The notes: generated by a model not told the origin, from the letters alone. A DNA stretch of 64,000 nt from Planctomycetota bacterium (GCA_049609225.1 JBMYYH010000001.1:84373-148372); one strand, 5' to 3'; positions 7,897 to 18,424 are shown, counted from the stretch's first letter. A program made the numbers and translations.

Positions 7897-9807
7897 ATGG
7901 TCCGACGCCAAGCACCACCGGAACTCCACCTCGACTTTGCCGAGGAGTTCTTTGGTGCCTTGTGGAAGCGATTCCGCAAGCGTCCGGTATGTCGCTATGA
8001 AGAGCAGGGTGCTCATTTCGAATCGATGGCGGCCTCCTTGGGCGCCGTCGCACAAGCCTTTGCCGGACGCCACGTGGTCGTGCGTCGGGCGGAAGGATCC
8101 GGAGGAGTGCACTCACATGTGGTGTTGTTGCCACGCCTCATCGCCTTGTCCTCAGAGGTCGCAGTGAACCGGCGCTTCCTGTTCACGCGTGCGGCTTTGG
8201 CAGGCGCCATGATCGCGTCGCAACTGGAGCAGACCGCAGAAAGTGCTGCACCCTCCATTCATCCGGAGCTCGCGTTCCTGCAACACGCGGTCGACACCGC
8301 ATGTAGTTTGAGCAAGGAGCATCCCGGATTCGCGGAACGTCTGCAGGAAGGCGCACGCTTGGAGCTGCAACAACGCCCAGGCGTGGATACCTACCGCGGC
8401 CATGGCGAGATCCTTGAACTGGCCCGACGCTCCGCCTTGATTGCCGTGCTGCAGGGGCAGTCTTGGGAGCCGGATCCATCTTGGTCCGTCGCCCTCACGC
8501 GCAAGGCCAAGAAGAGCCTGCCCTCTCCGGCGGTCCTGCTGTTCGGCAGTTCCCTGCCGCGTTCTGAAATGGATGTCGCTGAGCAGGCGATGTCGGAGGA
8601 AGAGAAGGCTGCGGGTATCGCAGCGGATGCCTCGGAAGTCGAGGCGCCGGTGAAGGATCATGTCAAACGCATCCTTCTGGAGGACGACGATCCCTACAAG
8701 GAGGCGATGCCGGATCATGCCTTCGAGAAGATCTCCTTCGCGGAGAAATACGAGGGTGGAAGACGTCGGATGGATGGCGAGGATGACATGGATGAGCAAC
8801 AGCAGTCGCTCGATTCCGTGGACCTGCGCGAACTGATCCGTGGTGGACCGGAAGTCCACAGTATCTACAAGGCGGACATCGGGGATACCGAAGGTATTCC
8901 AGACGTCGCATCGGTGGATCCGAAGGAGAAGGGAATCACCTACGACGAGTGGGATGAAAAGGCGCGCTGCTATCGCAGGGATTGGGTCACGGTCTATCCG
9001 ACCACCTTGCCGCCGTCGGAGGATGCTGCTTCGGAAGAGCAACGCCAACGCCTGGCCTCCACCGTGCGCACCTGCATGCGCCGTCTCGAACGCAAACGCA
9101 CCGAGCGACGTTCGCTCGACCGCCAACTCGATGGCAATGAGTTCGACCTCGCCGCCGTGGTCGAGGATCACGCGGCCTTGCGTTCCGGACAAACCCCAAG
9201 TGGTCGCATCTATCGCCACAACCCGCGCATCGATCGCGACCTCGCCACGACCGTTCTGTTGGACCTGAGTCTCTCCGCGGATTCCTGGGTCGGCGGACGT
9301 CGGGTACTCGACGTCGAACGCGATGCAGCCTTCGTTCTCGGGGAAGTCGCCGAAAAGATCGGCGATTCCCTGCAGATCATGGCCTATGCCTCGAACACCC
9401 GCAATCTCTGTCGCATGTGGGACGTCAAGTCCTGGCACGAACCATGGCGCCTCGGCGCCGCGCGCCTGCAACAGCTGAAACCTCAAGGCTACACGCGCAT
9501 TGGCCCGGCGATTCGCCATGCCACCGCGAGCCTCGAGGCCCATGATGCACGTCATAAGCACCTCATCCTCATCACTGACGCCAAACCTACAGATTTCGAT
9601 CGCTATGAAGGCAACTACGGAGTCCATGACGTCCGCCAAGCCGTGCGTGAAGCGGCTTCGCAGGACATTGGCGTTCACGCCCTCGGCATTGACCCGAAAT
9701 GCGCTGGCATCCTGCCGGTGATGTTCGGGGTTCGAGGCTGGAAGCTCCTACCCCATCTTGCGGAACTTCCTGAAGCACTCGTCAATGCCTATGGCGACCT
9801 CTGTTGA
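7897..9807 (+). CDS. norD: NorD, a von Willebrand factor A domain protein
   Basis: I chose the ATG 4 nt after the norQ stop; the track's earlier start at 7801 overlaps norQ. The C-terminal VWA domain has the MIDAS motif LLDLSLSADS and ends in ILITDAKP. Confidence 0.8.
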   Translation: MVRRQAPPELHLDFAEEFFGALWKRFRKRPVCRYEEQGAHFESMAASLGAVAQAFAGRHVVVRRAEGSGGVHSHVVLLPRLIALSSEVAVNRRFLFTRAALAGAMIASQLEQTAESAAPSIHPELAFLQHAVDTACSLSKEHPGFAERLQEGARLELQQRPGVDTYRGHGEILELARRSALIAVLQGQSWEPDPSWSVALTRKAKKSLPSPAVLLFGSSLPRSEMDVAEQAMSEEEKAAGIAADASEVEAPVKDHVKRILLEDDDPYKEAMPDHAFEKISFAEKYEGGRRRMDGEDDMDEQQQSLDSVDLRELIRGGPEVHSIYKADIGDTEGIPDVASVDPKEKGITYDEWDEKARCYRRDWVTVYPTTLPPSEDAASEEQRQRLASTVRTCMRRLERKRTERRSLDRQLDGNEFDLAAVVEDHAALRSGQTPSGRIYRHNPRIDRDLATTVLLDLSLSADSWVGGRRVLDVERDAAFVLGEVAEKIGDSLQIMAYASNTRNLCRMWDVKSWHEPWRLGAARLQQLKPQGYTRIGPAIRHATASLEAHDARHKHLILITDAKPTDFDRYEGNYGVHDVRQAVREAASQDIGVHALGIDPKCAGILPVMFGVRGWKLLPHLAELPEALVNAYGDLC

Positions 9808-9827
9808 ACCACTAACGAAAAAACAAC

Positions 9828-11282
9828 ATGTTCCTGTCCACTCTCATCCCGCTGGCAATGGCCAGTACCCTGCTGCAGGCCGAACAAGGCAGCGGAACGG
9901 GTCTTCTCGACCTCCGTGAAACGCCCGTTTCGTCGGAGTTCGGTGCAGTCATCGGCGAAGAAAACGCCGTGCTCACCGCACCACCGCATGTCCCGGCTCC
10001 GATTACCCGTAATCACCCGACCAAGCTCATCGTGAACTTGGAAGTGAAGGAGTTCGTCGCTGAAATCGCAGACGGTGTCGACTACACCTTCTGGACCTAC
10101 GGCGGCACCGTGCCTGGTAGCTTCATTCGCACACGCGTCGGCGATGTCGTTGAATTCAATCTGAACAACGATCCGTCGAGCAAGATGCCGCACAACATCG
10201 ACCTGCACGCTGTCACCGGTCCTGGTGGTGGTGCTGCCTCGAGTTTCACCACTCCTGGTCACACTTCCCAGTTCTCCTTCCAGGTCACCAACCCTGGCCT
10301 GTATGTCTATCACTGCGCCACCGCGCCAGTCGGTATGCACATCGCCAACGGCATGTACGGCCTGATCCTGGTCGAGCCCGCAAAGGGCCTCGGTACTGTC
10401 GATAAGGAGTACTACCTGATGCAAGGCGACTTCTACACCGAAGGCGCTTACGGCGAGCCAGGCCTGCAGCCCTTCAGCATGAAGAAGGCTCTGCAAGAGA
10501 TTCCTGATTACGTGCTGTTCAATGGTTCGGTCGGCGCCCTCGTTGGCGACAAGGCCATCACCGCGGAAGTCGGCGAGACCGTTCGCCTTTACGTCGGTAA
10601 CGGTGGACCAAACCTGGTCAGCTCCTTCCACGTCATCGGCGAGATCTTCGATACCCTCTACCCGGAAGGTGGCTCGGTGGTGAACAAGAACGTGCAGACG
10701 ACCTTGATCCCGGCTGGTGGTTCCGCCATCGTCGAGTTTGAGGTGGAAGTGCCTGGCACCTTCATCATCGTCGACCACAGCATCTTCCGTACCTTCAACA
10801 AGGGTGCTCTCGGCATGCTGAAAGTGACTGGTCCTGAGGACAAGTTGGTCTACTCCGGCAAGCAAGACGACCGCATCTACCAAGGTGAGGGCGGAGCCAT
10901 CCAAGAGATCCCGGCTTCCGATGCTCCTAAGGTCCCATCCACGCGCACCAAGGAAGAGCGTATGGCCTTGGGCAAGCGTCTTTACGACACCAACTGCCTC
11001 GCATGCCACCAGGCTAACGGCGAAGGTATTGCTGCCGCATTCCCACCACTGGCCAAGTCCGATTACCTGATGGACGACAAGAAGCGTTCGATCAAGGTCA
11101 TGCTCGAAGGACTCAGCGGTGAAATCACCGTCAATGGCGTGAAGTACAACGGTGTGATGCCGAAGGTCGTCATGACCGACGACGAGATCGCCAACGTCCT
11201 GACCTACATCCGCAACTCGTGGGGCAACAGCGGCGACGCCGTCACCCTCAACGAGATCGGCGAAGTCAAGAGCGGTCACTAG
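9828..11282 (+). CDS. nirK: Copper-containing nitrite reductase NirK with a fused C-terminal cytochrome c domain
   Basis: [15 protein letters not shown] and [19 protein letters not shown] (Cu ligands), plus C-terminal [11 protein letters not shown]...NGVMP. Confidence 0.9.
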   Translation: MFLSTLIPLAMASTLLQAEQGSGTGLLDLRETPVSSEFGAVIGEENAVLTAPPHVPAPITRNHPTKLIVNLEVKEFVAEIADGVDYTFWTYGGTVPGSFIRTRVGDVVEFNLNNDPSSKMPHNIDLHAVTGPGGGAASSFTTPGHTSQFSFQVTNPGLYVYHCATAPVGMHIANGMYGLILVEPAKGLGTVDKEYYLMQGDFYTEGAYGEPGLQPFSMKKALQEIPDYVLFNGSVGALVGDKAITAEVGETVRLYVGNGGPNLVSSFHVIGEIFDTLYPEGGSVVNKNVQTTLIPAGGSAIVEFEVEVPGTFIIVDHSIFRTFNKGALGMLKVTGPEDKLVYSGKQDDRIYQGEGGAIQEIPASDAPKVPSTRTKEERMALGKRLYDTNCLACHQANGEGIAAAFPPLAKSDYLMDDKKRSIKVMLEGLSGEITVNGVKYNGVMPKVVMTDDEIANVLTYIRNSWGNSGDAVTLNEIGEVKSGH

Positions 11283-11289
11283 GAAGAAC

Positions 11290-12147
11290 ATGAAACGACA
11301 CCTCCCTCTACTCCTTCTCGGCGCAGCCATCTTCGGTTGCTCCACCACGAGTCAGGACACGCCCTCCCCTGTGGAAGACGTGAAGAAGGAGGTGTCGACT
11401 TCCATCCTCACGCGGTTGGTCCCGATCCCTGCCGGGACCTACCGCCCCCTCTACTCGGCCCCCGGCGAACCTACGGAGTTCGCGCGCCCGGCCTTCCAAC
11501 TGGAAGAACACCCGGTGACCAATGCGCAATATCTGGCATTCGTCGAAGCGAATCCACGCTGGCGCAAGTCGCAAGTGGCGAGCCTCATGGCCGAAGCCAA
11601 CTACCTCCATCACTGGACGGATGATCTGACCTTCCCCGTGGAAGCCGCAGACTCTCCAGTGACCAATGTCTCGTGGTTTGCAGCACGCGCATATGCCCAT
11701 TGGGCAGGGCGACGCTTGCCCACGCTTGCCGAATGGGAAAGTGTCGGCATGGCCAGTAAGACCGCGGCCTTCGGTCGTGATGAGAAGGGCTACAACCAAC
11801 GCATTCTCAACTGGTACTCCCGGCCGACCCCACCCTACCCCGAATCGGTTCTTTCGCATGAACCGAACTACTTCGGAATCTCCGACATGCACGGTCTCAT
11901 CTGGGAATGGGTCGGCGACTTCAACTCCTCGCTTAGCACGGGGGAATCCCGTGGTGACTCGGGCCTTGACCGCAACTTGTTCTGCGGTTCCGGTTCCATC
12001 GGCGCTGCCGACCCCTCCGACTACGCCGCCTTCATGCGCTTCGCATTCCGCGGCAGTCTCGACGGACACTTCACCGTCAACAACCTCGGCTTCCGCTGCG
12101 CAGCTGATTCCGTCTCCACCGAGACGGCGACCCCAACCAAGCCATGA
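11290..12147 (+). CDS. nirV: NirV-like lipoprotein (formylglycine-generating-enzyme / SUMF1 fold)
   Basis: Lipobox AIFGCS and HPVTNAQYLAFV...NVSWFAARAYAHWAGRRLPT...GFRCA. It sits directly after nirK. Confidence 0.7.
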   Translation: MKRHLPLLLLGAAIFGCSTTSQDTPSPVEDVKKEVSTSILTRLVPIPAGTYRPLYSAPGEPTEFARPAFQLEEHPVTNAQYLAFVEANPRWRKSQVASLMAEANYLHHWTDDLTFPVEAADSPVTNVSWFAARAYAHWAGRRLPTLAEWESVGMASKTAAFGRDEKGYNQRILNWYSRPTPPYPESVLSHEPNYFGISDMHGLIWEWVGDFNSSLSTGESRGDSGLDRNLFCGSGSIGAADPSDYAAFMRFAFRGSLDGHFTVNNLGFRCAADSVSTETATPTKP

Positions 12148-12770
12148 AACTCCACCAACTCCTGACTCTGGCCCTTTTGCCCCTGTTCGCCTGCGCCGGT
12201 GCCGCCTCCGACGAGGTCGCGCCCTGCTGCGCCGACGAACCCGCACCAGCTGGCATGGCAACCGCCGATCTGCCCGGCACCTCGCTTTATCTGCTCGATG
12301 GAGACTGGACCGATCAGACCGGTCACGCGCGCACCCTGTCTAGCTTCCACGGCGAAATCGTGGTTGCCGCAATGGTCTTCACCCACTGCCAATACGCCTG
12401 TCCCATGATGTTGCAGGACTTGAAGGACATCGAATCCAAGATTCCGGAATCGGACCTGCCGAAGGTACGTTGGTTGTTGCTGTCGATGGACAGTGAGCGT
12501 GACCAGCCTGAGGTCCTTGCCGACTACGCCAAGCGCAACCACTTGGACACCGAGCGTTGGACCCTGCTACATGGCGAGGACTATCCGGTTCGTGGAATCG
12601 CCGCAGCTCTAGGCATCAACTACGTGAAGGATGTGAACGGGAACTTCTCGCACTCTAATAAGATCACGGTGCTGAAGGCAGATGGTTCGATCGCCTACCA
12701 GCTCGAAGGTTTGAATGCCGCGAACGAGCCATGCGTCGAAGCGATCATGAATGAGATCGCAAAAGACTGA
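12144..12770 (+). CDS. SCO1/SenC family copper chaperone (thioredoxin fold)
   Basis: Lipobox LFAC, the CxxxC motif FTHCQYACP, and a downstream conserved His (FSHSNKI). It overlaps the nirV stop (ATGA). Confidence 0.8.
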   Translation: MKLHQLLTLALLPLFACAGAASDEVAPCCADEPAPAGMATADLPGTSLYLLDGDWTDQTGHARTLSSFHGEIVVAAMVFTHCQYACPMMLQDLKDIESKIPESDLPKVRWLLLSMDSERDQPEVLADYAKRNHLDTERWTLLHGEDYPVRGIAAALGINYVKDVNGNFSHSNKITVLKADGSIAYQLEGLNAANEPCVEAIMNEIAKD

Positions 12771-12801
12771 ACGGCAGACGAACGAGGCCTCCCTTCCGAC
12801 C

Positions 12802-13368
12802 ATGACCAAGCCACGTTATCGAACCCTACCAGGTGATGCGGCTTGGTGGATGTTTCTCACCGCCGAGTTCCTGACTCTCGGCATCTTCTTTGTCGCCTTT
12901 GCATTCTCCCGCCAGGGCAACCTGGAAGTCTTCGAGCAAGGCAAGGCCATGCTCAACCCGGATGTTGGATTCCTCAACACCTTGGTCCTGATCACCAGTG
13001 GCTTCTTCGCAGCACGCGGGGTGGCGTCGATCGAGAAGAAGGAGAGCGCCAAGACCAGGCTATGGCTGATGCTTGCCGCGGTCCTGGGTGTGATCTTCCT
13101 CGCCATCAAGACTTGGGAATACGTCGGCAAGTTTGAAGCGGGGATCAACCTCAGCACCAGCAGCTACTTCTTCTTCTACTTTTTCCTGACGGGATTCCAC
13201 TACCTGCATGTGGTGCTGGGCGTTGGATTCCTCGGCGTCATGGCATGGCGCTGCGGACGTCAGGGTGCCACCGAAGCCAACACGCGCAATGTCGCATCGA
13301 GCGCCGCCTTTTGGCATATGCTTGACCTGGTCTGGGTGGTCCTGTTTCCCCTGCTCTATCTGGCATGA
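12802..13368 (+). CDS. norE: NorE (heme-copper oxidase subunit III-like membrane protein)
   Basis: Five TM helices and a subunit-III-like C-terminus AAFWHMLDLVWVVLFPLLYL. The start is uncertain; the track ORF begins at 12751. Confidence 0.7.
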   Translation: MTKPRYRTLPGDAAWWMFLTAEFLTLGIFFVAFAFSRQGNLEVFEQGKAMLNPDVGFLNTLVLITSGFFAARGVASIEKKESAKTRLWLMLAAVLGVIFLAIKTWEYVGKFEAGINLSTSSYFFFYFFLTGFHYLHVVLGVGFLGVMAWRCGRQGATEANTRNVASSAAFWHMLDLVWVVLFPLLYLA

Positions 13369-13607
13369 AGCAGCATCGCATCACCCTGGTCTGGCTAGCC
13401 TTGATGGCCTTCAGTACGGCCAGCTACTTTCTCGCAGACGGCGCGACGTCGTCCGCAACTCCCCTGTTCGCGATGGCCGCGATCAAGCTGTTCCTCATCC
13501 AAGCGATCTTCATGGAGTTGCTTGGATGCCGGCCGATCTTCCTACGCCTTGCAGCGCTCCTCGACTTGATCCTACTGGGCCTGTTGAGTCTGGCTTTCGA
13601 TGCCTGA
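13365..13607 (+). CDS. NorF-like small membrane protein (prokaryotic cytochrome oxidase subunit IV-like)
   Basis: 80 aa with 2-3 TM helices. Contains AAIKLFLIQAIFMEL, similar to the COX4_pro motif. Its ATGA overlaps the norE stop. Confidence 0.55.
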   Translation: MKQHRITLVWLALMAFSTASYFLADGATSSATPLFAMAAIKLFLIQAIFMELLGCRPIFLRLAALLDLILLGLLSLAFDA

Positions 13608-14435
13608 GCGACGGCTGCAGAGGATCGCAGTCTTCAAAACATCGGCTGCATTGGCGCTATGCTCCGAAGCGGTTTCCAACACTTCCTCGTGACTCGGACG
13701 ACTGCCGCCGATGCCGGCCGCGAGATTCGTCATCATCGAAATCGCCATGACTTCGGCACCTAAGGCTTTGGCTGCGATGGCTTCCGGAACCGTCGACATG
13801 CCGACCGCATCGGCACCGAGACTCTGCAGCATGCGAACCTCCGCGGGCGTTTCGTAGCAAGGGCCGCAAAGGCCTGCGTAAACCCCTGCCTTCAACTCCG
13901 GACGCAAGGCCATGAGGTCAGAGCGCCAGCGCGGGCTGTAGAGGTCCACCAGATCCAGGAACTGAGGCCCATGCCCACAGTTTTGGCCGCGTTGCAGCGG
14001 ATTCGGCAGGCTCATGTTGATGTGATCCGAGAAAGGCATCAAGGAACCGGGAGCACGATCCTCATGCAGGCTTCCGGCCGCGTTGAGAAGCAGGACTTTT
14101 TTTGCCCCCCATTGCACCAGGGTGCGCACGCCACGCACCAATTCAGCCGGCTCATAACCCTCGTAAGCGTGGATGCGGCCACTACATAGGCCGACGCGGA
14201 TATCGGTACCGCAAAGTCGACCCAGAATTAACTCGGATCCATGACCATCAACTTTTGGCGAAGGCCAATTATCCAGCCCACGGAGATCGACGTGGTCCGT
14301 ATCCTCAAGCAGTCCTGCTGCACGGTCCTTCCATCCAGACCCTAGGATGACCGCCACTTCCGGCGGTTGGCCATGCTGACGGTTCAAAATCTCGACCAGT
14401 GCGTCGACCTTCGTGCACTCCTCAAACATAGGCAC
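13572..14435 (-). CDS. Purine nucleoside phosphorylase (trimeric PNP/PunA type)
   Basis: VAVILGSGW, GRIHAYEGY, LLNAAGSL and GADAVGMSTVPEAIAA. Confidence 0.85.
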   Translation of the reverse strand: MPMFEECTKVDALVEILNRQHGQPPEVAVILGSGWKDRAAGLLEDTDHVDLRGLDNWPSPKVDGHGSELILGRLCGTDIRVGLCSGRIHAYEGYEPAELVRGVRTLVQWGAKKVLLLNAAGSLHEDRAPGSLMPFSDHINMSLPNPLQRGQNCGHGPQFLDLVDLYSPRWRSDLMALRPELKAGVYAGLCGPCYETPAEVRMLQSLGADAVGMSTVPEAIAAKALGAEVMAISMMTNLAAGIGGSRPSHEEVLETASEHSANAADVLKTAILCSRRSGIESQTQQAQ

Positions 14436-14447
14436 ATCCTACCAGCC

Positions 14448-15245
14448 ATGAGAAACACGCTCGCCCCCCTACTGATTCTTGTCGCCTCCACATCCTGCTC
14501 CATCACCTTCGGTGGCATGACGGAAAAGGCCACTCGTGAAGCCGAACTCAGCTTCGCCCCCACTGCTGGAGCCAAAGTGCTCGAGATCGATTCCTATAAC
14601 GGCAGCATCACTCTCGCCGTTTCCGAAGCTGGCGCAGGCATCAGCGGCACTGCTTCGGTTTGGGCCAAGGGCAAGACCGAAGAGCAGGCGCTTGAGCGTC
14701 TCAATCAGATGGAACTGCAGTTCAGCCAAAACGGCGAGAAGGTCCTGCTGGTCCTGACCAAGCCGAGTGGCGGCAGCAACAACTGCGGCGCGCAGATCAA
14801 GACCTTGTCCGTGCCGGCGGATTGGGCCATCGTGATCGATGGCAGTAACGGCAACGTCACGGTGCCGACTGGATTCGAGAACATCCACATCGATACTTCC
14901 AATGGCAACATCGATGTCGCGGGATCAGGTCGGATCTTCGTCGACACTTCCAACGGCAATGTCAACTATCGCGGCGGCTCGCAAGATTTCGAGCTCGATA
15001 GTTCCAATGGTTCGATCACGGTCGAGCTCAAGGGTGATTGGTCTGGGCGCGGCATGGTCTCGTCAAGCAATGGCAAGATCACACTGCGTTGCAATGGTGT
15101 CATCGATGCGCGTTTGAGCACTTCGACCAGCAATGGCAAAGCGCACATTTTCGGTCCTGAATTGGACCCGGATCAGGGACAAGGCGTGCTGAACTTGGAT
15201 ACGTCCAACGGCAACATCAGCGTCACCCACAACTTCCCGGAATAG
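14448..15245 (+). CDS. DUF4097-type beta-strand repeat lipoprotein
   Basis: Lipoprotein-like signal LILVASTSCS and repeated (D)xSNGN(I/V) units (DTSNGNID, DTSNGNVN, DSSNGSIT, SSSNGKIT, DTSNGNIS). Confidence 0.65.
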   Translation: MRNTLAPLLILVASTSCSITFGGMTEKATREAELSFAPTAGAKVLEIDSYNGSITLAVSEAGAGISGTASVWAKGKTEEQALERLNQMELQFSQNGEKVLLVLTKPSGGSNNCGAQIKTLSVPADWAIVIDGSNGNVTVPTGFENIHIDTSNGNIDVAGSGRIFVDTSNGNVNYRGGSQDFELDSSNGSITVELKGDWSGRGMVSSSNGKITLRCNGVIDARLSTSTSNGKAHIFGPELDPDQGQGVLNLDTSNGNISVTHNFPE

Positions 15246-15282
15246 GCTGCGGCCTGAACGGCTGCGTTAGAATCTGGGCGAC

Positions 15283-16083
15283 GTGGTGTCTCCCGCCCTT
15301 TCGAACGCAGCCATGCCGCCCCTCATGGCTGAGGACGGTCTCCTTCAAGGTGGCTTGATCCTATTGGTCGGCCTCGCCGGAGGTCTGCTACCGCTGCTCA
15401 CGAAATGGGATGAGCGCAAACTGCACAATGCGCTCGCGCTGAGCACCGGCATTTTCCTCGGCGCTGTTTTCCTGCATATGTTGCCGGCGCTTTCCGGCGC
15501 CACTTCCGATGGCCATGCACATGCTGGCCACGGCCACGCCGACGCCATGACCCTGTGGGCCTTCGTCCTGGTCGGCGTGCTTGCGGTGTACCTGCTGGAA
15601 TCCCTGGTCTTCCGCACCCACGACCATGATGATCTCCATCGGCACCGCGCGGTGGGTTATGCCTCAATGGCGGGCTTGTCGATCCATGCTCTCACGACGG
15701 GCGTGGGCTTGGCCGCCGCTTCGGTTGCGGAAGTTGCGGCGCCGGTGTTCCTTGCGATCATTGCGCATAAGGCCTTCGAAGCCTTCAGTCTGATGTCGGT
15801 GTTCGAGTTGGCGCGCTTCCCGCGCAAACGCACCTTAACCTTGATCGGCCTGTTCGCATTGTGCACGCCGATGGGTCTTTGGGCAGGCACCCTGTTGTTC
15901 GACACGATCGGCGATGCCGGCCTTTCCATCGCCTTGGCTCTGGCTGCTGGCACCTTCCTTTATGTGTGCCTGAGTGAACTCCTGCCCGAGGTCTTCCACC
16001 ACAAGGAAGACATCCTCATCAAGATCTCGCTCTTGATCGTGGGAATCGGCTTGATGGCGGTCATCCATGAGCTAGAAGGCTGA
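15283..16083 (+). CDS. ZIP family divalent metal transporter
   Basis: His-rich loop SDGHAHAGHGHAD, polytopic, and AIIAHKAFEAFSL, typical of ZupT-like proteins. The start is uncertain (GTG). Confidence 0.8.
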   Translation: MVSPALSNAAMPPLMAEDGLLQGGLILLVGLAGGLLPLLTKWDERKLHNALALSTGIFLGAVFLHMLPALSGATSDGHAHAGHGHADAMTLWAFVLVGVLAVYLLESLVFRTHDHDDLHRHRAVGYASMAGLSIHALTTGVGLAAASVAEVAAPVFLAIIAHKAFEAFSLMSVFELARFPRKRTLTLIGLFALCTPMGLWAGTLLFDTIGDAGLSIALALAAGTFLYVCLSELLPEVFHHKEDILIKISLLIVGIGLMAVIHELEG

Positions 16084-16084
16084 C

Positions 16085-17179
16085 ATGGAGTTCCTCCAAA
16101 CCTGGTGGGCAGCGATCTGGGGCATCCTGGCGGAGTCCGGGCCCTGGCTGTTGGGAGGATTCCTCATTGCAGGCCTGCTCAAGAACCTGATTCCACAGGA
16201 ACGCGTCTTCCGCCATTTCGGCAAAGATGATTTCGCATCCGTGTTCAAAGCGGCCATCTTCGGGGCTCCACTCCCTTTGTGCAGTTGCTCGGTCATCCCC
16301 ACCGCAGCTGGATTGCGTGATGCCGGTGCGAGCAAAGGCGCGACCACGAGCTTCCTCATCGCCACACCCGAGACCGGTGTAGATTCGATCGGTGTGACAT
16401 GGGCGTTGATGGATCCGATCATGACGGTGTTGCGTCCGGTATCGGCGATCTTCACCGCGGTGATGTCCGGCGTGATGGTCAATCGATTTGCACCTGGCGG
16501 TGATCAGGCCGCGGAAGATGTGGATGCAGCCCCGACCGCAAGTTGTGCTGCTGAGAAACCCGCGGAACCGGAAACGCCGCGCCCGTGTTGTGCAGGCAAA
16601 GTTGCCAAGCCGAGTTGGGGTGAGCGCCTCCAAGCCACCGTCCGTTATGCCTTCGGCAAGTTGATGGCCGACCTGACGCCATGGTTCCTGCTCGGTTTCC
16701 TGATCTCCGGCTTGATCACGGTGCTGGTGCCGGATGATTTCTTCGGCGACACCCTGCCTGCAGGCTGGTGGTCGATGGTCGCCATGTTGGGTCTCAGTCT
16801 TCCGGTCTACATCTGCGCGACGGCAAGCACTCCCGTCGCAGCAGCGATGATCGCAAAGGGGTTGGATCCAGGTGCTGCGGTGGTGCTGTTGCTGGCTGGA
16901 CCAGCGACCAACATCACCACCATGTTGGTGGTCCGACGCTTCCTGGGTAATGCGGTCCTACGCATTTACCTCGCGACCTTGGTGGTCTGTTCGTTGTCCA
17001 TCGGCTGGGGCGTGAATGCTCTCTATTCGGCCTTGGACTTGGACCTGAGCGAAGTCGTCCCGCATGTGCATGAGATGGAGCACGGCATCGTCGCGACGCT
17101 CGGCGGATTGATCCTGTCGGCACTCCTAACCTTCCATGCATGGAAGCTGTGGGTAGCGCCGCGCTTGCGGAAGAGCTGA
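16085..17179 (+). CDS. Permease of the DUF318/ArsP-like (SO_0444-type metal efflux) family
   Basis: FGAPLPLCSCSVIPTAAGLRDAGASKGATTSFLIATPETGVDSI and a central Cys-rich loop. Confidence 0.7.
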   Translation: MEFLQTWWAAIWGILAESGPWLLGGFLIAGLLKNLIPQERVFRHFGKDDFASVFKAAIFGAPLPLCSCSVIPTAAGLRDAGASKGATTSFLIATPETGVDSIGVTWALMDPIMTVLRPVSAIFTAVMSGVMVNRFAPGGDQAAEDVDAAPTASCAAEKPAEPETPRPCCAGKVAKPSWGERLQATVRYAFGKLMADLTPWFLLGFLISGLITVLVPDDFFGDTLPAGWWSMVAMLGLSLPVYICATASTPVAAAMIAKGLDPGAAVVLLLAGPATNITTMLVVRRFLGNAVLRIYLATLVVCSLSIGWGVNALYSALDLDLSEVVPHVHEMEHGIVATLGGLILSALLTFHAWKLWVAPRLRKS

Positions 17180-17200
17180 AGCTTCGGCGCTTCGATTCGC

Positions 17201-18424
17201 TCAGCTCAATAACATCGACGCCGTCGCCGCGGTGCAATACGTGGCCAAGGTACCGGCGCACATCGCGCGTAGGCCGAGGCTGGCGAACTCTTTCCGCCGC
17301 GCAGCGACCAAAGTGCCAAGGCCGCCGATCTGAATCGCGATGCTCGAGAAGTTCGAGAAACCGCACAGCGCATAACTTGCAATCACCCGCGAGCGTTCAC
17401 TCAAGCCCGCTTCCTGCAGATCCTGCAACTCCAAGAACGCGACGTATTCATTCACCGCCATCTTGGTTCCGAGCAGCCGCCCGACCGAAGCCATCTCATC
17501 GGCGGGTACGCCCAACAACCATGCGAAGGGTGCGAACACTCCACCAAGGATGCCTTGCAGGGTGAGCGTGTCATTGCTGGCAGCGCCGAGGACGACATTG
17601 ATGAGACCGAGCAAGCCTAGGAAGGCGATCAACATCGCAAGAATGTTCAAGGACAAGCGCATGCCATCGGCAGCACCACTGGCCGCAGCATCCAAGCCAT
17701 TGCCGTACTCCGACTTCGGCTGCGCAATATCCTTTCCGAGCGTTTCCGATTCTTCCGTTTCAGGGAACACGACTTTGGCGATGGCCAGCCCCATCGGTGC
17801 AGACATCACGGTCGCAGCGAGCAGATGTCCAGCGATGTCCGGAACGGAAGCCTGCATCATCTCGACATACACTGCGAACACACCACCGGCGACAGTCGCA
17901 AAGCCGACGGTCATGATGGTGCCGATTTCACTGCGCGTCATCTTGGCGAGATAAGGGCGCACCAACAGAGGTGCCTCAGTCTGGCCCACGAAGATGTTGG
18001 CCGCAGCTACCGTCGATTCGGAACCGGATGTGCCCATCAACTTCGCCATCATCCGCGCCATCGCACCGACGATCACTCGCACGACACCGATGTGATGCAA
18101 CAGGGCGAAGGTCGCGCTGAAGAAGATCACCGTGACCAGGACAATGGCACCGAGCACACCGGGCTGACCGCCGAATCCAAGCGGCCCATCCCCCAACACA
18201 CCGCGGCCGGCCTCCTTGGCGATATCGATCAGGCCTTGGAAGAAAGCCTGCGCCCCCTCGAAGAACCATTTGCCGAAGGTGGTGCGCAAGACCAAGAAGG
18301 CCAGGACCAACTGCAAGGCGAATCCGACCGCCAAGGTGCGCCAACGGATCGATTTTCGCCCTTCGCTCAAGGCGACGGCGAGACCGATCAGGACGGCGAT
18401 TCCTAGCAGGGGCTGCAACGACAC
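17201..18424 (-). CDS. NupC/CNT family nucleoside transporter
   Basis: GSESTVAAANIFVGQTEAPLLVRPYL. The start is set at GTG 18424 because the longer ORF (to 18562) overlaps the divergent gene. Confidence 0.8.
   Translation of the reverse strand: MSLQPLLGIAVLIGLAVALSEGRKSIRWRTLAVGFALQLVLAFLVLRTTFGKWFFEGAQAFFQGLIDIAKEAGRGVLGDGPLGFGGQPGVLGAIVLVTVIFFSATFALLHHIGVVRVIVGAMARMMAKLMGTSGSESTVAAANIFVGQTEAPLLVRPYLAKMTRSEIGTIMTVGFATVAGGVFAVYVEMMQASVPDIAGHLLAATVMSAPMGLAIAKVVFPETEESETLGKDIAQPKSEYGNGLDAAASGAADGMRLSLNILAMLIAFLGLLGLINVVLGAASNDTLTLQGILGGVFAPFAWLLGVPADEMASVGRLLGTKMAVNEYVAFLELQDLQEAGLSERSRVIASYALCGFSNFSSIAIQIGGLGTLVAARRKEFASLGLRAMCAGTLATYCTAATASMLLS

Noticed and set aside
7077-9807. Reading the MoxR-type ATPase + VWA pair as an independent (for example defence-type) module
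   Set aside because: The position between norB and nirK, together with the sizes and motifs, matches NorQ/NorD maturation factors of cNOR.
8152-11348. Minus-strand ORFs 8152-9678 (508 aa) and 9789-11348 (519 aa)
   Set aside because: They are antisense shadows of norD and nirK, whose plus-strand frames contain the MIDAS and copper-ligand motifs.
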